This document shows positions 19,343 through 26,981 of a stretch of 39,096 bases of DNA, in pieces (position 1 is the first letter of the stretch; the number at the start of each line of letters is the position of its first letter). The DNA comes from Opitutales bacterium. GTDB lineage: Bacteria > Verrucomicrobiota > Verrucomicrobiia > Opitutales > JAKPNF01. A program made the position numbers and the translations under genes. The notes below the pieces were generated by a model. The model saw only the letters and a program-made list of their open reading frames with translations, was not told the DNA's origin and searched no databases. The stretch covers positions 1 through 39,096 of the forward strand of contig JAVBTG010000040.1 in assembly GCA_031556275.1 (NCBI GenBank), in the 5' to 3' direction.

Positions 19343-21052
19343 TTGCACGCGCAGGCAGCCGCGGGCGACGCTAGCGCTATGCACGCACTCGGGCGCATGT
19401 GCAAAACGGCGGGCGACATCCCGGGGGCCATATCGCACTACGAGCGGGCGGCGGCGTTGGGCCATGCCCCGTCCTTCTATAATCTTGCGCTCATTTACGA
19501 ACGCGATCAAGGCCCCGGGCACCCTGCCGATTGCTCCAAGGCAATCGTCTGCTTTGAAAAGGCCGAGGCCCTCGGCGACACCGACGCCCGCTGCGCCATC
19601 GGGCTCGTCTACGAGGTCGGCGGCAACGGCGTGCCCAAAGACGACGCCAAAGCGCTCGCCTGCTACGCGCTGTGCGCCGAGCGCGGCGACGCGCGCGGCA
19701 TTTACTGCCTAGCCCATTGTTACGAAACGGGCCTCGGCACAAAGGCGGACGCACAAAAAGCCCTCTCCCTCTATCAACTGTCAGCGGACAAAGGATACGC
19801 CTTGGCGCATTACAGCGTCGGAATTTTCCGCCTCAAGGGCCTAGGATGCGAGGCCGACGAAATCGAGGCGGCGCGACATTTCGCGCGGGCGCAATCCAGC
19901 GGGGACCCCGAAGCCCTGCACGCGCTGGCGCGCCATTACGCCGACGGCGGCAAGGGGGTAGCCCACCCCGCAAAGGCGCTCGCCATCTATCGCGACTTGA
20001 GTCAACGCGGCGACGCGCGAGCCCTTGTCGCCTTGGGCCGGTTTTATCGCGACGGTTTCGGCCTCGAACGCGACTATATCCGCGCCGCCGAATGTTTCGG
20101 CAAGGCCGCCTTGACGCTGGATCCCGCGGGGCTGTTTTATCTGGCCCGCGCCCACGAAAAAGGCGTGGGCGTCCCCAAAGACGAGGACGCCGCATACCGC
20201 CTCTACGAACAGGCGGCGGTGAGAGGCGAACCCTCCGCCATGCTCAATCTGGGCATCTTGCTCACGCAAGGGGAGCATGTGATTCACGACCCGGCGCGCG
20301 CCTTCGCGCTCATCAAGCAAGCAGCCCAAGGCGGCGAACCGGCGGCCCTCTACAACTTGGGCGTGCACTACGCCAACGGCTTGGGCGTCGAAAAAGACCC
20401 GCGCAGGGCGTTCGATTGTTTCGCGCAAGCGGCCGAATCGGGCGCGGCGGACGGTCTGTACGCGCTGGGGGATTGCTACGAACACGGGCGCGGCACACCC
20501 CCCGACGCGCGCTCCGCGCTGGGCTATTACCGCAAGGCAGCCGATGCCGGAAACCTCGACGCCGACCTTCGCCTGGCCCACGGCTACGCGCACGGCGAAC
20601 TCGGCCTGCCGCAAGACGAAGATGAAGCGTTTTTGCGCCTGCGCCGCATCGCCCAAAGCGGCCATGCCTCCGCGTTGTACGCCTTGGCGAGCGCCTTTGA
20701 GCACGGCGAAGGCTGCGCGCAGGATCCGGAAATGGCGCTGGCCTACTTCAAGGAATCCGCCGCGATGGGATACGCCCCCGCCTTCGGGAGCGTCGGCCGC
20801 TTTTACGCGGAAGGCAAAACCGGCCGCGCCTCCGATTACCCCGCCGCCCTTCGTTGGTATGAAAAAGGAATGACAAAAGGCCACGGGGAATCGGCGTTTC
20901 AGGCCGGCTTGCTCCATGAACGCGGCGCACACGGCACCCCCAAGGATTCGCGCGCGGCCGCCTGCTGCTACGAACGCGCCATCGCGCTGGGCCACGCCGA
21001 GGCCGCGCGCCGTTTGGCCGCCCTGCGGGGGAACCAAGGGACGCATGCCTGA
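19343..21052 (+). CDS. Sel1-like repeat protein (many tandem ~36-aa repeats; start uncertain)
   Basis: Repeated A..ALG..Y..G.GV.KD...A...Y..AA..G pattern along the whole ORF. Confidence 0.92.
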   Translation: MHAQAAAGDASAMHALGRMCKTAGDIPGAISHYERAAALGHAPSFYNLALIYERDQGPGHPADCSKAIVCFEKAEALGDTDARCAIGLVYEVGGNGVPKDDAKALACYALCAERGDARGIYCLAHCYETGLGTKADAQKALSLYQLSADKGYALAHYSVGIFRLKGLGCEADEIEAARHFARAQSSGDPEALHALARHYADGGKGVAHPAKALAIYRDLSQRGDARALVALGRFYRDGFGLERDYIRAAECFGKAALTLDPAGLFYLARAHEKGVGVPKDEDAAYRLYEQAAVRGEPSAMLNLGILLTQGEHVIHDPARAFALIKQAAQGGEPAALYNLGVHYANGLGVEKDPRRAFDCFAQAAESGAADGLYALGDCYEHGRGTPPDARSALGYYRKAADAGNLDADLRLAHGYAHGELGLPQDEDEAFLRLRRIAQSGHASALYALASAFEHGEGCAQDPEMALAYFKESAAMGYAPAFGSVGRFYAEGKTGRASDYPAALRWYEKGMTKGHGESAFQAGLLHERGAHGTPKDSRAAACCYERAIALGHAEAARRLAALRGNQGTHA

Positions 21053-21178
21053 GACGTCCGCGCGGGGCTATTCGCACCAAGGAAGTTCACGCGGCCGCGC
21101 GTGATGCTTATTTGCTTGCGGGTGGCCCGCGCACGCATTACAAAATGCCTTCGTCGATCCCCGCGCCCCACTCTGCCC

Positions 21179-24100
21179 ATGAGAATTTTATTTCCCCTAT
21201 TGGCGTTGTGCACCGCTTCAACTCTGTGCGCCGACGCCACGCCCGCCGAAATAGACACGCAAGGCGGCCCGCGCATCGGATTCCGATTCGACTTCGGGAG
21301 CGGCGAATCCGCCCTGAGCCTCGACATCGGCGAGTCGTCCCCCGGCAAGAGACTGCATACGCCGCAATGCCTCGTCAGGGGGATGACCGCCTCGCAAAGG
21401 CACACGATCACCGATGGGCCCAACCACGCGCTGACCGTTTCCAACCCCTATTACGAGTTGCGCGCGCACGCCGTGGATTCTAAATCCGACACGCAGTTCG
21501 TCTGGACCATGGAGTTCTTCGTCAAGGAAAACGGCGCTTTGCGCGAACAGCCCGCCCAGACTTACAGCGGCACCACGCGCTACGAGCGCGAGGTGTCCGA
21601 CGGGCAACTCATATTCAAGGACTTCACCATCGAGGGCGACGGCCAATTCGGAAAATTGAAGCGCCGCTTCGAATGGATCACCGAGTTTGAAGTCGGCAAG
21701 ACAGCCAAGGCCGAGGCCGTCCTAAGCAACGGCTATCCCATCAAGGAAATCGTGGTGCTGGACGGCGGGACCGGCTACGCCGAAGGCAGCGAAATCACTT
21801 TTCAGGACACATGGGGGCAATTCGCCATGGGAACCCTCAGCGTCAATCCCGCAACGGGAGCGGTAACCGCCGTCAACCTCACCAATCACGGCAGTAATTA
21901 TTACGATATAAGCGGACATTCCATCTCGAGGAGCACGCAGGCCGACCGGCGACCGACGCCGGAGCAAAAAAAAGAATTGGAAGCCTACGAGCGGACGCGG
22001 CGACGGATCATCAGCGAGGCTAGGGCCAAGGGCGAATCGCCCGCGAAAGCCTTGGCGAAACTCGAGCAACCCGAATTCCTCAAAACACAAAATTCGATCT
22101 CGACGCCCGTCACGCAACGCAGCGTCAAATTTGAAGCCGTGCTGGACCTTGAGCACGAGAGCCCCCCGCTTGAGGCGAAACGAGGGGTCACCAACGTCAC
22201 TGTCGTGCGTCCGGGCGAAGGATACGCGCGCAATGCGACCGTCGAATTCAAGGGAGAATGCGTCAAACCTGCACAGGGCCGGCTTTTTATCGGACAAGGA
22301 AGGGGATACATTCAAGGCATGCACATTTCCGTCAAGGGTTCCGGATATATTTCGCCGCCTGAAGTCGTTATCAACGACCCGGACGGCAAGGGACATTCGG
22401 CGGTTTTGCAGGCGCATCTAGAGGAAACTAGGGCCAAGTTGATGATAAAAATAACAGACCCCGGTACAAACTACCGAAGGGCCCCCGGCGTCCGGCTATT
22501 TGCAGACGGGAAGCCCGTGGGAGGTGTGAGTTTCCATGTCCAGCTTGAGAATGACGAAACCCTCGCCTCCATATCCGCGAAAAACATCCCTGCGAGCCTG
22601 TCGTCAAACGCCGTTTTACGGCTGGAAATAGAACCGCCCGCCCTCCGCGTCCAAGGTCCCATCACCAAAGCCCTCGTCGTGTACGACAAAGACGGGGAGA
22701 CCATTCTCAGCCGCGAAGGCAGCACGCTTGCGCGTTCCATTGCGGACAACACCGTTTCCTGCACGGACTTCACGCAAGGCCCCGGCGGCAAGATGATGAG
22801 CAAGGAAACCACCCTTTACAAAAATCACCCGTTCGGGCGACAGGAGCTCCAAAAAATCATCCACTGTTACCTGCCGGACGGCACCGAGGATGTCGCCGCC
22901 AGGGAGGTGACGGAGCATTTTTACTACGACAAGGAAAGCGACGGAAAGGCTTACGGCAAGCTCAAGGCCAAGCGGAAGTCCGGCAACGGCCCGTGGGTTT
23001 ACTATATTTACGGCAAGGACGTCTATCACGGAAAAACCATTTACCAATACCTCAGCTCTTCGTGGGACGGAAACGGCATTCCGGGCGAAGCGGGCAACGG
23101 CGTCCGCGAAACCGAACGCGACACCTTCGAGGACTACGCGCTCGGCGGCAGACGCGGGAAAGCCATTGTCGACACGTCAACCACCAAGCTGGACGGTAAA
23201 ATCGTTGAAAAACACCTGTCGGTCTTCTGGAAAGACCTGAGGACTTATCCGGTGGACGGTCTCCCCCGAGAGGCCGGCGAATGGTGGGAGGTCGACATGC
23301 GATCTGCGGACGACCCAGCGCCACTTATAACAAAATATGAGGCATTTCGTGATTTTGGCATAAATCAAGGAAAGGAGAGACTTATTGTCTACCCCGACGG
23401 GACCGCATTTTTGGGGGCATACGACAAGCGCGTGACCACCATCAGCCGGGGCATCCTCAACGACGAGCGGACCGACATCGTGGAGGGAGAAATCAGCGTC
23501 ACGACCACCAACGATCTCGGCAAGATTGTTTCCGAAAAGAAATTTTACCGCTCAAAGGGAAACACGGTCGAACAGACCGAGTTTGAACTGCTCAAGTCGG
23601 ACGAGTTCGGCAGGCCGCTGCTGGTGCGGCACAAGGGCGATCCCACCAACACCGTCTCCTACACCTACGGCCCTTACGGGATGAACAGCCGCACCGACCG
23701 CAACGGGACGATCCGCTACACACGGGACGCCATGCGCCGCGTCAGCGAGGAGCAAATCGGCGAAGCCAAGACATCCTACGAGCGCGACGCCCTCAACCGC
23801 GTCACGCGCACGAGCGTCAACGACGTCGTCATGTCTGAAACGCAGTACGACTCCATGGACCGCGTGCGCGCCGAAAGCAACCGCTTCCAAAATGAGCTGA
23901 TGAAACGCTCCTACCACTATTTCAAAAAGCCCTTCTACAACGCCACATGGACGAGCTTTTTCAATTCCGACAAAATCGCCTCCGTGGAGGAATTTTACAA
24001 GGACGGCTCGCCGTTGAGAATCTACGGCCTCGGCGTCGCCGGAGGCGCGGGCTACGCCTATGAGGTGGCTGAAGACGGCAAACGCACCACCGTCGTGACC

Positions 24101-26569
24101 CTCCTGAACCCCGACGGCTCACCCACAGAGGAAACCGTCCGACAGACGCAAGACTGGACGGGGCGCGCCGTTTCGATCCAAACGCCCTCCCCCGCCGGAA
24201 GCGGTGTCAGCGAAGAATCCATTTTTTATGACGCCAGCGGCCGCCCCGCGCGCGTCAGCCGCACGGGGCGGCCCGACATCCTCTACGCCTACGACAAAAT
24301 GGGTCGGCTTTCAAAGAAGGCGGTCGATCTCAACGGCAACGGGCGCATTGACGAAGGGGACGAGGTCGAAACATTTGAAGTTTCATTTGTCCGGGACCCC
24401 TTTGGCGGCGCAAACCGCCGCACGCTATTCACACGCACGCGGCCCGACGGCTCCGTTGAAACGGCGCAGATGACGGCCTCGTTGGACGGCAACCGCACGC
24501 AGGTCAGCGACGCGGGCGGCAAAGTGTCCGTCACCACGGCAGCAAAGGACGGCTCCGTCGAGACCGTAACACGCCTCGATGATGGGACCTCCCTCGTCGC
24601 CACCATGCGCGACGGGCTCCTCCGGCGCGAAGTCGTCAAAAACGCCGGCGGCGAAATCATCCGCGACACGTCTTGGACATACGACGCCTTCCGCCGCCCC
24701 GCCGAGGAAACCGAGCTCAAGGACGGCCGCACGCAAACCACGCGCATGACCTATTATAACGACGGTTCGCCACGCTCCGTGAGCAGGCAGGACCAGCCGA
24801 CCGTGTTTATCGCGCGCACGCCCGTGTCCGAGGAGGGAAGCACCCTCGCCCTAGTCACGGAGGACGGGCGCGCCCGCTTGTACAGCTACAACCCGCGCGG
24901 CCAACTGGTCCGTGAAGAGGGCAATGCCCTCTATCCGTCCGAATACACGCGCGACGCCGCCGGACGGCCGCTGTCCGTGAAGACGCGGCGTGCGCCCGAC
25001 GGCGAACCCGACACCACGCGCTGGACATATAACACCGCGGGACTGCCAACCGTTCAAACCAATCCCGACGGCGGATCCGTGCGCTACGCCTACGACACGG
25101 CCGGACGCCTAGTTTCACGCACGTGGGCGCGCGGGGTCACCACCACCTATGCCTATGACAAGGCAGGACTGCTCGAATCGGTGCGCTATTCCGACGGTAC
25201 TCCCCCCGTCGTCTTCACGCGCGACAAACGCGGGCTGCCGCTGGAAGTCGCCGATGCTTCCGGAAAACGCGCCCTGCGTCACGACGCCTTGGGACGGATC
25301 GTCCAAGAGCGCCACACCGAAGGGCCGCTGGCGGGAACCGCCGTCGAATACGCCTGCGACGAACGCGGGCGGGCGGGCCGCACCGCCCTGACATTGCCCG
25401 CGCCTTTCGTCGTGGAGCGCGCTTATGACAACGAGACGGGAAACCTCGCCCGTGTCGGCTGGGGCGACGGCAAAAACGAGCACGCTTACGCCGCTTATGA
25501 ACGCGCTGACAGCGGCGAACTCAGGGGCGTCAAGCGCGCCGTCACCGGGACACAGACGACACTCTCCACACGCATAAGCCATGCCGGCAACGGGCGGCTC
25601 AGCGATGTCTATCATTATCCGATGTCCGGGACGCAGGACGGCGGTTTTCATTACACGTATGACAACACGGGGCTGTGCGTCACGGCAGGGATGCCCGGAT
25701 GGTCCAAATGGACTTACGCCTACAATGCACGCCGCGAGCTGACACAGGCCGATTTAACCCCGAATGAAAAATCAACGGACAAACCCCAAGGGTTTGCCTA
25801 CCTTTATGACGACTCGGGCAACCGCGTGGAAACGCATGCCGGAGAAACCCAGACGCGTTACGCAACACTGCCGGGCAACGCCTACGCCTCGACGGAATCG
25901 AAAAATCCACGCCACACGCAGACTTTCGTTTACGATGCGGACGGCAATCTGCTCGACGACGGGCGGTGGGTTTATGCGTGGGACGCGGAAAACCGCCTCG
26001 CAAGCGCGCAGGAACACTCCGAAGGGGCGGCGCGCAAACTCACGTTCGCCTATGACACGGCCAACCGGCGCGTCCAAAAAACGCTCTGGAAACGCGTCGG
26101 GCCGAAAGCACCTTGGGAACGCGTTTATGCGCGCAATTTTCTTTATGACGGCGACCGTTTGGCCGCCGAACTTGACGGCATGGACAACAACAGGACCGTG
26201 CGCACCTACGCATGGGGGGAATCCGTTCCGCTGGGGATAAGCGACGCGGCGGGAAAAACACACTTCACCCTTTACGACGGCTGCGGCAACGTCGTCGGTC
26301 TGTACCCCGGCGCAAAGGCCAAGGGATCGCTCCAAATCTGCTCGCCCTTCGGGGAAATCATTTCCAGCGGCACCTCACTGGGGGATATGCCGCTGGGGTT
26401 TTTGTCCTTGTATTTCGACGAGGAAATCGGGTTGTACTGCGCGGGCGCGCGCTATTACAGTCCGAAACTGGGGCGGTGGATCAACCGCTGCGCACAACAG
26501 CCGCAGGGCAATCCTTACCGATTCAGGGACAACCAACCGCAAATCCCACACACGGCGCTCGCGCAATAG
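21179..26569 (+). CDS. Secreted RHS/YD-repeat protein with degenerate core and no C-terminal toxin domain
   Basis: Signal peptide MRILFPLLALCTASTLCA; many YD..GR repeats; YDADGNL, WDAENRL, RYYSPKLGRW core; stop about 30 codons after GRW. Confidence 0.9.
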   Translation: MRILFPLLALCTASTLCADATPAEIDTQGGPRIGFRFDFGSGESALSLDIGESSPGKRLHTPQCLVRGMTASQRHTITDGPNHALTVSNPYYELRAHAVDSKSDTQFVWTMEFFVKENGALREQPAQTYSGTTRYEREVSDGQLIFKDFTIEGDGQFGKLKRRFEWITEFEVGKTAKAEAVLSNGYPIKEIVVLDGGTGYAEGSEITFQDTWGQFAMGTLSVNPATGAVTAVNLTNHGSNYYDISGHSISRSTQADRRPTPEQKKELEAYERTRRRIISEARAKGESPAKALAKLEQPEFLKTQNSISTPVTQRSVKFEAVLDLEHESPPLEAKRGVTNVTVVRPGEGYARNATVEFKGECVKPAQGRLFIGQGRGYIQGMHISVKGSGYISPPEVVINDPDGKGHSAVLQAHLEETRAKLMIKITDPGTNYRRAPGVRLFADGKPVGGVSFHVQLENDETLASISAKNIPASLSSNAVLRLEIEPPALRVQGPITKALVVYDKDGETILSREGSTLARSIADNTVSCTDFTQGPGGKMMSKETTLYKNHPFGRQELQKIIHCYLPDGTEDVAAREVTEHFYYDKESDGKAYGKLKAKRKSGNGPWVYYIYGKDVYHGKTIYQYLSSSWDGNGIPGEAGNGVRETERDTFEDYALGGRRGKAIVDTSTTKLDGKIVEKHLSVFWKDLRTYPVDGLPREAGEWWEVDMRSADDPAPLITKYEAFRDFGINQGKERLIVYPDGTAFLGAYDKRVTTISRGILNDERTDIVEGEISVTTTNDLGKIVSEKKFYRSKGNTVEQTEFELLKSDEFGRPLLVRHKGDPTNTVSYTYGPYGMNSRTDRNGTIRYTRDAMRRVSEEQIGEAKTSYERDALNRVTRTSVNDVVMSETQYDSMDRVRAESNRFQNELMKRSYHYFKKPFYNATWTSFFNSDKIASVEEFYKDGSPLRIYGLGVAGGAGYAYEVAEDGKRTTVVTLLNPDGSPTEETVRQTQDWTGRAVSIQTPSPAGSGVSEESIFYDASGRPARVSRTGRPDILYAYDKMGRLSKKAVDLNGNGRIDEGDEVETFEVSFVRDPFGGANRRTLFTRTRPDGSVETAQMTASLDGNRTQVSDAGGKVSVTTAAKDGSVETVTRLDDGTSLVATMRDGLLRREVVKNAGGEIIRDTSWTYDAFRRPAEETELKDGRTQTTRMTYYNDGSPRSVSRQDQPTVFIARTPVSEEGSTLALVTEDGRARLYSYNPRGQLVREEGNALYPSEYTRDAAGRPLSVKTRRAPDGEPDTTRWTYNTAGLPTVQTNPDGGSVRYAYDTAGRLVSRTWARGVTTTYAYDKAGLLESVRYSDGTPPVVFTRDKRGLPLEVADASGKRALRHDALGRIVQERHTEGPLAGTAVEYACDERGRAGRTALTLPAPFVVERAYDNETGNLARVGWGDGKNEHAYAAYERADSGELRGVKRAVTGTQTTLSTRISHAGNGRLSDVYHYPMSGTQDGGFHYTYDNTGLCVTAGMPGWSKWTYAYNARRELTQADLTPNEKSTDKPQGFAYLYDDSGNRVETHAGETQTRYATLPGNAYASTESKNPRHTQTFVYDADGNLLDDGRWVYAWDAENRLASAQEHSEGAARKLTFAYDTANRRVQKTLWKRVGPKAPWERVYARNFLYDGDRLAAELDGMDNNRTVRTYAWGESVPLGISDAAGKTHFTLYDGCGNVVGLYPGAKAKGSLQICSPFGEIISSGTSLGDMPLGFLSLYFDEEIGLYCAGARYYSPKLGRWINRCAQQPQGNPYRFRDNQPQIPHTALAQ

Positions 26570-26642
26570 GCCGCCGGAAAACATTCCGGCAAGGCCAAGG
26601 CACCCGCGCAGTCCGACGGCCAAAAAAGCCGCGCAAAGGCAC

Positions 26643-26670
26643 TTGATTTTTTTCGAAGGTTTGCTAGTCT
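26643..26670 (+). promoter_or_regulatory. Putative tRNA-Gln promoter
   Basis: TTGATT-16 nt-TAGTCT with TGn extended -10. Confidence 0.4.
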
Positions 26671-26720
26671 GAATCTTTACCCGTTTGTAAAAAAAGGGCC
26701 ATGGTGCCCTTTTTTGACAT

Positions 26721-26794
26721 TGTCCGATGGTGTAATGGTAGCACAAGTGACTCTGACTCACTTTGTCTAGGTTCGAATCCTAGTCGGACAACCA
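26721..26794 (+). tRNA. tRNA-Gln(CTG)
   Basis: Acceptor TGTCCGA/TCGGACA-A-CCA, anticodon arm AGTGA-CT-CTG-AC-TCACT, T loop GGTTCGAATCC. Confidence 0.96.
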
Positions 26795-26811
26795 CTTCCC
26801 CCTTTGAATAC

Positions 26812-26897
26812 ATAGGAGGGGGACAAAAGCATCTAAAAATCCCGAAACTCACTCAAGTTTCGGGATTTACTTCTTTTTAATGCCGTCCCCTTCCTGT
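26812..26897. terminator. Long nested hairpin between tRNA-Gln and the recombinase 3' end
   Basis: Perfect AAATCCCGAAACT/AGTTTCGGGATTT (26837-26849/26856-26868) inside an outer AGGAGGGGGAC/GTCCCCTTCCT stem. Confidence 0.7.
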
Positions 26898-26981
26898 ACA
26901 GCGAAAAGACACTCTTTGGTGCGACATTCTATCGAAGAAGACTTATTTCGCCGGCAGAAAAACAGGACACGCACCAATGGG

